A stretch of 32,000 bases of DNA. Source: Nitrospinales bacterium (GTDB taxonomy: Bacteria; Nitrospinota; Nitrospinia; Nitrospinales; VA-1). Positions 14,449 to 23,631 of the stretch are shown in pieces (positions within the stretch are counted from its first letter, which is position 1; each line of letters begins with the position of its first letter). The position numbers were made by a program, and so were the translations under genes. The DNA is taken from positions 1,315,175-1,347,174 of the forward strand of contig OZ253496.1 of NCBI GenBank assembly GCA_965262115.1. Direction: 5' to 3'. The notes under the pieces were generated by a model. It was not told the DNA's origin. It ran no database searches and worked only from the letters and a program-made list of their open reading frames with translations.

Positions 14449-16635
14449 CTAAAGAACAATCAGTTTGGCATGGCTGGCCGAAAGTTTCTTTTTCCCGTGA
14501 GGGGCTTTAAAAAACACTTCCAGATTCAAATTTTCTTCACTACCTGAAAGGTTGATCACAATTCCCGACCCAAACTTAGCGTGCAAAACCTTTGTCCCGA
14601 TAGAATAAGTACCGTCCTTTGTTCCAATCGAATAGGAACCCCCACTTTTTCCCTGATAAGGAAGAGCTCCGCCAAGTGTGCTGATAAATTGAGGTGCGGT
14701 TTCATTGCTGAACCTGCTGGATTCACGGATCATAACTTCATCGGGAATAGAAAGCAGAAAATCTGATGGAAGATAATTAAAAGTAGTGCCATAGATTCTC
14801 CTACGCCTGGCATAAGTGACGAACAGTTTTTTCCGGGCTCGGGTAAAACCTACATAGCACAGCCTTCTATCTTCTTCATATTGCTCAGAGTCCGACATGG
14901 AACTGGCATGCGGGAAGAGTCCATTTTCCATACCCACTACAAATACCGAAGAAAATTCCAACCCCTTACAGGTATGCAGGGTCATTAATGGAAGAACCCC
15001 ACGCTCGTCATCAAGGTTATCCAGATCCGCCACCAGAGAGGCCGAATCCAGAAACTCCTGCAGGGAACCTTCCCCATTCTCAATGGACTGCTCCACTGCG
15101 GAAAATAATTCCTCCAGATTTTCCATACGTCCTTTACTCTCGCGGGTATCCTCTTTTTTCAACATTTCCCCATAACCCGTTCGGTCTACCACCTCTTGCA
15201 GAAGTGCCAGCGGGTCATCCTTCATGGAATCCAGATGATCGATGATTTGCAAGAATTGGGCAATTCTCTTGCCTGCTGCAGGATCTGTCAATTTTTCCTG
15301 CTCGTTCCGGCGCAAACCCTCCTGGAGCGACAATCCCATTTCCCGGCAATACTGCTCAACCTTTTCCATCGAGGTCTTGCCAATTCCCCGGGCAGGAACA
15401 TTGATAATTCGTTTTAAAGAAACTGAATCACTCGGATTTAAAACAACCCGCATGTACGCCAGCACATCCTTGATCTATTTTCTTTCATCAAAACGCAGGC
15501 CTCCTATTACCTGATAGGGCAACCCGGTTCTCATCAACACATCTTCCAATACCCGGGACTGCGCATTGGTACGATAAAGAACGGCCATATCATTAAAGCT
15601 AAAGCCTTCGTCACGGTTCAAAGCCTGGATTTTTTCGCAAACAAATTCCGATTCATCCGTTTCATCTTCAGCCCTGTAGCACAACACTGGAGAACCCACT
15701 TCATTTTTCGTCCACAATGTTTTATCCTTCCGATTTCTGTTTTCTCTCACTACACTTCCTGCCGCATTTAAAATATTTTGTGTGGACCGGTAATTTTCCT
15801 CAAGCTTGATCACCGTTGTTCCGGGGAAATCTTTTTCAAACTTCAAAATATTTTCTATGTTTGCCCCCCCCCTCCAACGATAAATACTCTGGTCATCATC
15901 CACAACAACGCATATGTTATTGTGCGATTGCGACAGCAGACGTACCATCCTGTACTGAACCGCATTGGTATCCTGAAACTCATCAACCAGAATATACTGA
16001 AACCTGTCGTTGTAACGAGCCCTTAAAGAAGGAAACTCCTGAAACAATCTGCTTGTAAAAACCAGCAAATCGTCAAAATCTAAAGCATTATTTTTTTTCA
16101 GGGCAGACTGGTAAACAAGATAAAGACCCGCCGCCTTGAGTTGGTGACCATAAGGCATCGCATCCGGCTGCAAATCTTCGGGCATGAGAAAATCATTTTT
16201 GAATCCGCTGATGTGACCGAGAAGGGTTTTTGGAGGGAATGCGTCAGCACTGATTTCCGCTACCTTCATACACTGCTTGATCAAAGTCAACTGGTCCTGC
16301 GCGTCGTAGACAGCAAAATCATTGGAAAAACCCAGTTCCGAAATATTCATTCTTAGAATTCTCAGACAAAAAGAATGAAAGGTGCTGATCCAGGGGGAAG
16401 CTCCACGAAGGTCCAGCATTTTCCGGACACGTTCCTTCATTTCCCCTGCGGCTTTGTTGGTAAAGGTTATCGCTAGAATACTTTCTGGAGGAATCCCTTT
16501 CTCTTTAATTAAATTGGCAATGCGGCAGGTGATGACACGTGTTTTCCCGGAGCCTGCTCCCGCCACCACCATCAGCGGACCCTCATTATGGCGCACGGCC
16601 TGTAACTGCTGCGGATTCAAATTTTCAAGATCCAC
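14449..16635 (-). pseudogene. uvrD: UvrD/PcrA-type DNA helicase interrupted by a single in-frame TAG
   Basis: ORF 15475..16635 has a GTG start with GGAGG 6 nt upstream, plus AGAGSGKT, DEFQDT and DDDQSIYRWRGG. ORF 14449..15465 has NVPARGIGKTS, TLHTCKGLEF and VGFTRARKKL. They share one frame and are separated only by TAG at 15475-15477: GGLRFDERK-TAG-IKDVLAYMRVV. Homologues read RK-E-IKD there (recalled). Confidence 0.85.
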
Positions 16636-16672
16636 GGAGTGCCTCCGATGGCAAATTGCAAAGTCTTTATTT
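16635..16672 (+). repeat. dispersed repeat family copy U (hairpin + CAAATTGCAA + TCTTTA)
   Basis: CGGAGTGCCTCCGATGGCAAATTGCAAAGTCTTTATTT matches copy A (20599-20636) at about 30 of 38 positions. It overlaps the SD/GTG of uvrD on the opposite strand. Confidence 0.55.
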
Positions 16673-16757
16673 CATCCTTCGGGGCATGGCTATAACATGC
16701 GGTAAACGTTCTCTCGGCCCTATGAGCCATTGCTATCTGCCTCCACGGCTAGTGGGA

Positions 16758-17705
16758 TTAAACTAAATTTTCCCAGGTCACGGAAGCCAGCGCCTCAACA
16801 AATGTCGGGGAAAGGTTTAACGATTCGATGCGGTGCAAACTCAACTGGCGTTCACGGGCATATTTATTAAATTCTATATCAATATCGAACAAAATTTCTA
16901 CATGATCGCAAACAAAACCAACCGGAACCATTAAAACTGTTTTTGAGCCCCGCTTTGCGATCTTATCCAAAACCGATTCCACCGTGGGCCCCAACCAGGG
17001 AATCGGTATCATCCCCTGACTCTGGTAAGCTTTATACCAGTGCCACGGTTGGACCCGTTCCACGAGCTTTGCAACGGTTTTGTCAAACTCTTCAGGATAA
17101 GGATCGCCAAACTCTAAAGATTCGGAGGGGATACTGTGCGCTGTGAAAATCGTGTGAACCGATTCTTCTACATTCGGTCCCAGTTTTTCAAGAGCCGTGC
17201 GGTATTTTTCTTCAAACGCATCAATGAGAAGTGGATGGTCCACCCAACTACCAATGTAGCGCACATCCAAATTCTCTGCATCGCAGTTTTTCAACGCTTC
17301 CTTAAAAACATTGAAGTACAAACGCGTACTCCAAGTGCTGAATTGCGGGGCCAGGCAAAGTGCCACCACTTTTTTCACCCCGTCTTCCTTCATCCTTTTT
17401 ACCTCGTCACCGATATAAGGACTCCAGTTGCGCATTCCGCAATAGACTTTAAACTGCGATCCCTGCTGGTTGAGAAAAGACTCCAACCGGGCGCATAGTT
17501 CCTGGGTGATCTCCCGCAGGGGAGACTTTCCGCCGATCTGCTCATAACGGTCGCGGATGATCTGGATGGTTTCTGGAGTGGACTCCATTCCGCCGCGAAT
17601 ATTTCTCAAATATTCCGGGATATCATCAACGGACTCGGGAGCCCCATGCGCCATAAGGAAAACACCGATCAGCGGCTCGGCGGGATCATTCATGCTGGTA
17701 TTCAT
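16758..17705 (-). CDS. hemH: ferrochelatase
   Basis: MAHGAPESVDDIPEYLRNIRGG, FTAHSIP and VPVGFVCDHVEILFDIDIE are present. The start is ambiguous (ATG at 17732, 17705 or 17693). The 17693 ATG overlaps the hemE stop (ATGAATGA). Confidence 0.9.
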   Translation of the reverse strand: MNTSMNDPAEPLIGVFLMAHGAPESVDDIPEYLRNIRGGMESTPETIQIIRDRYEQIGGKSPLREITQELCARLESFLNQQGSQFKVYCGMRNWSPYIGDEVKRMKEDGVKKVVALCLAPQFSTWSTRLYFNVFKEALKNCDAENLDVRYIGSWVDHPLLIDAFEEKYRTALEKLGPNVEESVHTIFTAHSIPSESLEFGDPYPEEFDKTVAKLVERVQPWHWYKAYQSQGMIPIPWLGPTVESVLDKIAKRGSKTVLMVPVGFVCDHVEILFDIDIEFNKYARERQLSLHRIESLNLSPTFVEALASVTWENLV

Positions 17706-18717
17706 GGACCATGTCCACCACTGCCTTGACATGCTCTACCGGGGTGTGTTGCAAAATACCATGCCCTAAATTAAAGATATACCCTCTTCCTACAGCGCGC
17801 TTGAGGATGTCATGAACCCGTTCTCGAATCACCGGTAAGGGAGCAAAAAGCGTCACTGGGTCGAGATTACCCTGAACCGGCTGGTCTTTTCCCAGCAGGG
17901 CTCGTGCAGAATCCATCTGGATTCGCCAGTCAAAACTGAGCACATCTCCGCCAGCCTTTTGCACCAGATCCAGCATCGTAGAAGTTCCGGTACTGAAGTT
18001 GATGACAGGGACTCCGGTATCTTTGAGTCCTTCGTAAACACGGCGGGAATAAGGAAGAATATATTTTTCATAATCGCCGGGTCCAAGGCACCCTGCCCAA
18101 CTGTCGAATATCTGGAGAGCCTGGGCTCCTGCAGAAACCTGCATCTTTAAATAATCCACCAGCATGGTGCACACCTTGCCCATCAACTGTTCCCACACAT
18201 CGGTGGCCTCATACATCATCATTTTAGTGGTTGTGAAGTCCCGCGATTTTCCCCCTTCCACCATATAACTGCACAGGGTAAACGGAGCTCCGGCAAAACC
18301 TACCAATGGAATGTTGATCTCCTTTCTCACCAGACGAATCGCGTCGGCAACAAAACCCAACTGCTCTTCCACATTGACCGGCATAAGTTTTTCAACGGCT
18401 TTTCTGTCCTTGACCGGACGCGGAATCACAGGGCCATCTCCCGCTGAAAATTCCAAACCCGTCCCCATCGGTTCTAAAGGAAGAAGAATATCTGCAAAAA
18501 TTATGGCCGCATCCACCCCCAGCACATCCAGAGGTTGTAACGTGACCTCACACGCCAATTCCGGGTTCTTGCACAGTTCCAGGAAAGTGTATTTTTCCTT
18601 GAGGTCCCGGTAAACTTTCATATACCGACCCGCCTGGCGCATGAACCAGACCGGAGTTTTATCAACCGGTTCACCCCGGCAGGCTTTTATAAAACGGTAC
18701 TCGCTTGACTTGTCCAT
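17686..18717 (-). CDS. hemE: uroporphyrinogen decarboxylase
   Basis: The PVWFMRQAGRYM signature is present. The ATG at 18717 is preceded by GGAGG (5-nt spacer). The longer ORF to 18804 adds a non-conserved extension. Confidence 0.9.
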   Translation of the reverse strand: MDKSSEYRFIKACRGEPVDKTPVWFMRQAGRYMKVYRDLKEKYTFLELCKNPELACEVTLQPLDVLGVDAAIIFADILLPLEPMGTGLEFSAGDGPVIPRPVKDRKAVEKLMPVNVEEQLGFVADAIRLVRKEINIPLVGFAGAPFTLCSYMVEGGKSRDFTTTKMMMYEATDVWEQLMGKVCTMLVDYLKMQVSAGAQALQIFDSWAGCLGPGDYEKYILPYSRRVYEGLKDTGVPVINFSTGTSTMLDLVQKAGGDVLSFDWRIQMDSARALLGKDQPVQGNLDPVTLFAPLPVIRERVHDILKRAVGRGYIFNLGHGILQHTPVEHVKAVVDMVHEYQHE

Positions 18718-18836
18718 AAACCTCCACTCGGCGTGGGACCACCAGCATGCAATAACTCTCTCTGGCGAGCAAAGAGCTATCTCGGTTTTAGGACCCCTTG
18801 CCAATTGCCCCTGTGGCTAGCAGTTAAAATTTATTG

Positions 18837-18866
18837 ATTATAGGACGGGAACCCATGCGGGATCAA
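18837..18866 (-). promoter_or_regulatory. candidate sigma70 promoter for hemE-hemH
   Basis: The minus strand reads TTGATC-N18-TATAAT (perfect -10), ~115 nt upstream of the hemE ATG. Confidence 0.35.
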
Positions 18867-19002
18867 CGGTTTGTTTTGATTGCTGCGCTGGAATCCGCTT
18901 TATCAGCCCAATTCCACTTTCATATTCCGGTAGATTTTATAGAGGTGCCGATTTTGCTCCCCGGAGGAGACCTTTGCGTAAGTCTATAAAGCAGAAAAGC
19001 GA

Positions 19003-19075
19003 GATGCTTCGACAAGCTCAGCATGACAATAAAAGGCTATCTTGTCATTCTGAGGAACTATTGCAACGAAGAATC
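19003..19075. repeat. 73-bp imperfect palindromic element
   Basis: The outer arms are GATGCTTCG / CGAAGAATC. The inner arms are CTCAGCATGAC (19017-19027) / GTCATTCTGAG (19044-19054), with one mismatch each. Its six-frame translations (…LRQAQHDNK…, …PQNDK…HAELVEAS…) are of a kind I recall from short repeats in many environmental genomes. Confidence 0.4.
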
Positions 19076-19342
19076 TTGGGTTATGCAAAGCTCTCTCCCC
19101 GGAGAGGCCGAAAATCTGCTTTGGCAGGCTCCTCATCCTCATCCGTTGAGAATAAAATTGCAACCGCTCCTGAATCGAAAGATGTTTGCCCTCTTTGGCT
19201 GAGGTTTCCAAATACCGCGAATAGCCAAAGCGATCGGGAAAAGTCCCGAAAGAACTAATAAAGGTCGCGGCTGAGTTTGCTCCATAATTTCCTACTGTGG
19301 AATTAAAATTTGCTTAAAGATACCCGTTAATGTTTGCATCCT

Positions 19343-20476
19343 CTAGGCAAATCGGGCCACCACTCTCGCCAGTTCTTCGAGGACAATTTCTTCTTTTTCG
19401 TTATTCAATTTTTCACGAATAAGAGGAAGTACCTCGGACCCTGAAAGTTCACCCAGAGCCCAGACCACGTGCGCCCGAATCAACGGTTCTTCATCATCCA
19501 GAACTTTAATCAGGACAGGGATAGCTTGCGGGTTGCCGGAATTGCCCAAAGCAACGGCCACATTTCTGAGCAGACCTCTTCTCTTGATCCGTTTGATCGG
19601 ACTGCCTTTGAATCTTCGGCTGAACATTTCTCCGTTGATCTGAATCAGGTCCATCAGCTTGAGCGTGTCCTGCTTCTGCTGAAAGTCCGGGTCATCAGTT
19701 TTAACCGTATAGGAATTCCACGGGCAGACAATCTGGCAATCATCGCAACCGTAAATTCTGTTGCCGATTGCCTTCCTGTACTCAACGGGTATGACCCCTT
19801 TCAACTCAATAGTGAGATAAGAAATACATCGTTTCGAATCCAGAACGTAGGGAGCAATAATGGCATCTGTCGGGCAAATATCTATACAGCTTCTGCAGGT
19901 GCCGCAATGGTCTTCAGCTGGCTGGGATGAAGGAAGGGCAACATCCGTCAGGATTTCAGAAAGGAAATACCAGGACCCCATGCCCTCGGTGAGAAGATTA
20001 GTGTGCTTTCCGATCCACCCCAGGCCCGCTTGTTGGGCCAAAGGCTTCTCGAGAATGGGCCCTGTATCCACATAAATCCGGGTCCGGCATCCCTCAAACT
20101 CCTCTTTGATTTTTTCCTCCATCTGACGTAAACGCGGCGTAACAGTATCATGATAATCCTTGTTCAAAGCATAAATGGAAATATCCGCAACATCACGATG
20201 CTCGACATAACTCATATCCTTTTCCATTGCATAGTAGTTGGTGCGAAAGCATAGAATGCTTTGCACCCCTTCCAATACGAGATCAGGATTTTTTCGCTTT
20301 TCCTGGCCGCGCCGCATATAGGCCATTTCACCGTCGTAACCCGCGTCCATCCATTTTCCAAACCTCTCTCCAGCCGGGCCTAATTCGGGACTAGCAACTC
20401 CAAATCCGTCAAACCCCAAAATCTCGGAGAATGACTTAAGACCTGCTAACTTCTCTATTTTTTCTGCAGAATTCAT
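19343..20476 (-). CDS. queG: tRNA epoxyqueuosine(34) reductase
   Basis: 377 aa. CGTCRSCIDICPTDAI, CISYLTIELKG, GCDDCQIVCPWN and C-terminal HEAT-like repeats are present. Confidence 0.9.
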   Translation of the reverse strand: MNSAEKIEKLAGLKSFSEILGFDGFGVASPELGPAGERFGKWMDAGYDGEMAYMRRGQEKRKNPDLVLEGVQSILCFRTNYYAMEKDMSYVEHRDVADISIYALNKDYHDTVTPRLRQMEEKIKEEFEGCRTRIYVDTGPILEKPLAQQAGLGWIGKHTNLLTEGMGSWYFLSEILTDVALPSSQPAEDHCGTCRSCIDICPTDAIIAPYVLDSKRCISYLTIELKGVIPVEYRKAIGNRIYGCDDCQIVCPWNSYTVKTDDPDFQQKQDTLKLMDLIQINGEMFSRRFKGSPIKRIKRRGLLRNVAVALGNSGNPQAIPVLIKVLDDEEPLIRAHVVWALGELSGSEVLPLIREKLNNEKEEIVLEELARVVARFA

Positions 20477-20596
20477 AAGCTTTAAGGAAGTTGATCCAAT
20501 CTAGCGATTCTGATACTCTCAAGCTGCTCGCCGCAGTGGCAACAGGCAAGGACTCGTTGTACCCATGCAGGGCACGCCGAAATGGTACGCCTAGTG

Positions 20597-20635
20597 GGCG
20601 GAGCACCTCCGCCGACAAATTGCAATATCTTTAAC
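20597..20635 (+). repeat. dispersed repeat family copy A
   Basis: GGCGGAG-CAC-CTCCGCC hairpin is followed by GACAAATTGCAATATCTTTAAC. Further similarity to the sequence after copy R1 (…CTCGGCyCAAC…). It lies in the queG/HDAC divergent intergenic region. Confidence 0.5.
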
Positions 20636-20756
20636 TTGCCCTCAATCGACTACTCGGCCCAACGAGTTATTTACCCCTGCGGGGCACGAAATTTAAGGAA
20701 GAGGGCATCACGACTACTGGCCCCACGCCGAGTGGTTTTGAAACGGAAAAGTTCTT

Positions 20757-21710
20757 ATGATGAATAAAACCGGTTACGCATCAGATCCATTTTATCTTAG
20801 GCATGAAACTGAACCGCATCCCGAAAACCCCGGCCGGTTAACCGCCATCCAGAATCGGCTGGAGTCCTCTGAATTCTACAATAACCTCATTGCAATACAA
20901 CCCCGCAAGGCCACTCCGGAAGAAATTGCTCTGGTGCATGATGCAGGCTATGTGGCAAGCGTTGAGCAGAGTTGCGCTAACGGGGTACGCAATTTGGACG
21001 CGGACACAGTCATCTCCGCCGATTCCTACGATGCCGCGTTGTTGAGCGCCGGAGCGGGACTGAATGCCATTGACCAACTCATCGATGGCAGTATCCATAA
21101 TGCCTTTTGTGCTGTACGACCGCCAGGCCATCATGCCGAACAGGATCGTGCGATGGGTTTCTGCCTGTTCAACAATGTCGGCATTGCCGCCCGGTATGCG
21201 CAAAAGGCAAAAGGGTTAAATAGAATTTTCATTTTTGATTGGGATGTTCATCATGGCAATGGCACTCAACACTCGTTTTATAGTGATCCTTCTATCTATT
21301 ACAGCAGCACCCATCAATACCCGTTTTATCCAGGTACCGGAGCAAAAGAAGAAACCGGAACCGGCGACGGGTTGGGGACCACATTGAACCTGCCGATGGA
21401 CGCCTACTCAGAGGATGACGACTATCTATCCGTTGTTGAACACAAACTGATCCCGGAAATCCAACGCTACAAACCCGACCTGATTATTATTTCCGCCGGG
21501 TTTGACGCTCATCAGAATGATCCTCTGGCCCAGATTCAATTGACCACAGATTGCTTTGGCAAAATGACCGAGTTATTGATGGGGGTTGCCGGAGATGTTT
21601 GCGAGGGACGGTTACTCTCCATGTTGGAGGGCGGCTACGACTATGACGCGTTGAGCGACTCAGTCCGACTTCACATGCAAACCTTATTAACTCCCGACCA
21701 TGGAAAATGA
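20757..21710 (+). CDS. histone deacetylase-family (class II-like) deacetylase / acetoin-utilisation-type protein
   Basis: 317 aa. RPPGHHAE, FDWDVHHGNGTQ and MLEGGY are present. Confidence 0.88.
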   Translation: MMNKTGYASDPFYLRHETEPHPENPGRLTAIQNRLESSEFYNNLIAIQPRKATPEEIALVHDAGYVASVEQSCANGVRNLDADTVISADSYDAALLSAGAGLNAIDQLIDGSIHNAFCAVRPPGHHAEQDRAMGFCLFNNVGIAARYAQKAKGLNRIFIFDWDVHHGNGTQHSFYSDPSIYYSSTHQYPFYPGTGAKEETGTGDGLGTTLNLPMDAYSEDDDYLSVVEHKLIPEIQRYKPDLIIISAGFDAHQNDPLAQIQLTTDCFGKMTELLMGVAGDVCEGRLLSMLEGGYDYDALSDSVRLHMQTLLTPDHGK

Positions 21711-22252
21711 AACCTGGAATGTCTGATAGCATTGCGCCCAACAAGAGAATCGTCACCATGGCTTTAATGGTGGCCTTGGGGGTGATATTGCATCGCCTTG
21801 AAGCCCTGCTCCCCTTACCCACACCCTGGGTCAAACTGGGACTGGCCAACCTGATGACCTTGATGGCCCTGGTTTATTTAGGAACCCGCGAGGCTTTTAT
21901 AGTTACCCTGCTTCGGGTCATACTGGGCTCCATTCTTGCGGGAACATTCTTGGGACCGACCTTTTTTCTCAGTATGGCAGGAGGCCTGGCCGGCACCGCA
22001 GTCATGTGCGGAGTTTACAACAACGGAAAGGGGCCGTTCAGCCTTGTTGGCGTCAGTGTTTGCGGAGCCTACACCCATACCTTCATCACGGCAATCTGTG
22101 TCTATTTTTTTCTTATAAAACAGACTTCCTTTTTCGTCCTACTGCCCTTTTTCTTCTCACTGGCTCTGATTACCGGCATTTTGACCGGAATGGCCGGAAA
22201 TCTTTTATCCCGGGAAATGGAGTTTTCGTTTAAGCATTCCCAGGCTCATTAA
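21707..22252 (+). CDS. Gx transporter family membrane protein (heptaprenyl diphosphate synthase component I-like)
   Basis: 181 aa, with an ATGA overlap with the upstream gene. It is a polytopic protein. LHRLEALLPLPTPWVKLGLANL and GSILAGTFLGPTFFLSMAGGLAG resemble PF07456-type proteins (recalled). Confidence 0.65.
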   Translation: MKPGMSDSIAPNKRIVTMALMVALGVILHRLEALLPLPTPWVKLGLANLMTLMALVYLGTREAFIVTLLRVILGSILAGTFLGPTFFLSMAGGLAGTAVMCGVYNNGKGPFSLVGVSVCGAYTHTFITAICVYFFLIKQTSFFVLLPFFFSLALITGILTGMAGNLLSREMEFSFKHSQAH

Positions 22253-22284
22253 AGGTTTTACAGACAAATCCCGATAAAATTATT

Positions 22285-22314
22285 TTAGACTTTGGATTTT
22301 TCTTGTTCTAAAAT
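22285..22314 (+). promoter_or_regulatory. candidate sigma70 promoter for the small ORF and GT2 gene
   Basis: TTAGAC-N18-TAAAAT, 34 nt upstream of the GTG at 22348. Confidence 0.3.
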
Positions 22315-22347
22315 CTACAGAACATAAATGATAATTGGAGTCCTTAA

Positions 22348-22527
22348 GTGAATAACCCCTCTGATCCAGACAGCAAAATCGCCTTGTTAGCAGAATTTTG
22401 GGATTTTCTCAAAACCCGGAAAAAATGGTGGCTGGGACCTATTGTCTTCATCATGTTGCTAATGAGCCTGCTTATAGTTCTAACAGAAGGTAGCGCCGTT
22501 GCTCCCTTTATTTACACCCTATTCTAG
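22348..22527 (+). CDS. DUF5989-like small membrane protein (59 aa, absent from the ORF track)
   Basis: GTG start with GGAG 7 nt upstream. [59 protein letters not shown]. The KKWWL...TM...APFIYTLF ending is the family signature I recall next to polysaccharide genes. Confidence 0.65.
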   Translation: MNNPSDPDSKIALLAEFWDFLKTRKKWWLGPIVFIMLLMSLLIVLTEGSAVAPFIYTLF

Positions 22528-22535
22528 ACCTTAAC

Positions 22536-23222
22536 TTGCTCACACTTTCCATAGTTATTCCAGTTTATAACGAACGCGATACGCTTCGTACCCTGGTTTC
22601 CAAAGTCGAAGCTGTCGACTACGAGAAGGAAATCATCCTGATCGATGATTTCTCCACAGACGGAACACGGGATGTCTTGAAAGAATATGAAGGACGGGAA
22701 AATTTTCAGGTGCTTTACCATGACCGCAATAAAGGCAAAGGCGCCGCATTGCGCACCGGTTTTTCCAAAACCCAGGGGGATATCATCATCATTCAAGATG
22801 CTGATCTTGAATACAATCCTACCGACTACGGAACATTGCTGGAACCCATTCTGGATGGGCGGGCCGATGTTGTGTATGGATCTTGATTTCTGGGAGGTCC
22901 TCACCGGGTATTGTTCTACTGGCATTACCTTGGTAACAAATTTCTCACCACCCTGTCGAACATATTCACCAACCTGAACCTGACCGACATGGAAACCGGC
23001 TACAAGGTCTTCACAAAAAAAGTGAACGATACCCTGGCCTTCAAGTGCGACCGTTTTGGCTTTGAACCTGAGTTCACCGCCAAGGTCGCAAAAAATAAAT
23101 TCCGGGTCTATGAAGTCCCCATCTCTTACAATGGCAGAGACTATTCAGAAGGAAAAAAAACCACCTGGAAAGACGGCTTCGCTGCCATCTGGTATATTTT
23201 CAGATTCAGGTTTTTGGATTGA
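22536..23222 (+). pseudogene. GT2-family glycosyltransferase (Dpm1/polyprenol-phosphate type) with in-frame TGA
   Basis: [20 protein letters not shown] and IIQDADLEY are present. Then VVYGS-TGA(22884-22886)[21 protein letters not shown] continues in the same frame to 23222. Homologues read GS-R-FLGG (recalled), so CGA to TGA is the simplest change. TTG start. Confidence 0.8.
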
Positions 23223-23232
23223 TCCTTTCCGT

Positions 23233-23631
23233 TTAACACTCCTCCAGCCGCTCCCCGCAATGCGGACAGACGACATCCTGTTCAGCCACCTGGGTTTCAC
23301 AGACGGAGCAAATCTGAACACTTTCACGTTCTTCCAGTAATTGACGGGCTTGCTCCGCATCTTCTCTCAATGTCCAAAGACGAACCTTCATGAGATCCGC
23401 GACCGGTGCAGGCTCTGCGTGAAAAGATATGTTTTCCAACTGGCAGGGAATGCCTTCGTTTTCCAGAAAGCCCCGCATGATATGAGCCTTGGCTTCGTTT
23501 AAAACCGTGCAGAGGATCACCAGGTCAGGAGCCTCCTTCTCCGCTACCTCCGACACAAGTTCTACATTACAATCAGGACAAAGGGAATGCGTGTCGGGAA
23601 AATTTTCCTCACATTTCGGGCAACTCCACAT
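23233..23631 (-). CDS. DUF2007-type domain protein flanked by zinc-ribbon motifs
   Basis: 132 aa. CPKC...CPDC lies at the N-terminus and CSVC...CPHC at the C-terminus. The centre, LVILCTVLNEAKAHIMRGFLENEGIPCQL...VRLWTLREDAEQARQLL, fits DUF2007. Confidence 0.6.
   Translation of the reverse strand: MWSCPKCEENFPDTHSLCPDCNVELVSEVAEKEAPDLVILCTVLNEAKAHIMRGFLENEGIPCQLENISFHAEPAPVADLMKVRLWTLREDAEQARQLLEERESVQICSVCETQVAEQDVVCPHCGERLEEC

Noticed and set aside
16648-16662. TGGCAAATTGCA as a sigma54 promoter.
   Set aside because: The GG-to-GC spacing is 8 nt instead of the required 12. It is part of the dispersed repeat.
18974-19258. 94-aa plus-strand and 75-aa minus-strand ORFs in the hemE-queG spacer.
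   Set aside because: Both run through the palindromic element and have no SD. Their recognisable parts are the repeat-derived pseudo-peptides.
18724-20735. A shared 14-mer CCCACGCCGAGTGG upstream of hemE (18724-18737, minus) and upstream of the HDAC gene (20722-20735, plus). Also two similar ~30-nt motifs (GTTGTACCCATGCAGGGCACG..AAAT at 20557-20586 and GTTATTTACCCCTGCGGGGCACGAAAT at 20666-20695).
   Set aside because: A single 14-mer repeat is expected by chance a few times in 32 kb when both strands are counted. The 30-nt similarity is imperfect and I cannot assign it to a known RNA or operator class. It is worth a scan, but not reportable as a feature.
20436-20767. 60-aa and 61-aa ORFs in the queG/HDAC divergent intergenic region.
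   Set aside because: They overlap each other and repeat copy A, and have no SD or family resemblance.
8503-22886. Alternative genetic code or programmed recoding as the explanation for the in-frame TAG and TGA codons.
   Set aside because: TAG terminates uvrD and queG. TGA terminates hflX, hemE and the PNPOx-like gene at positions matching homologue C-termini. The interrupted positions correspond to different amino acids (Glu, Arg). No SECIS-like structure was seen.
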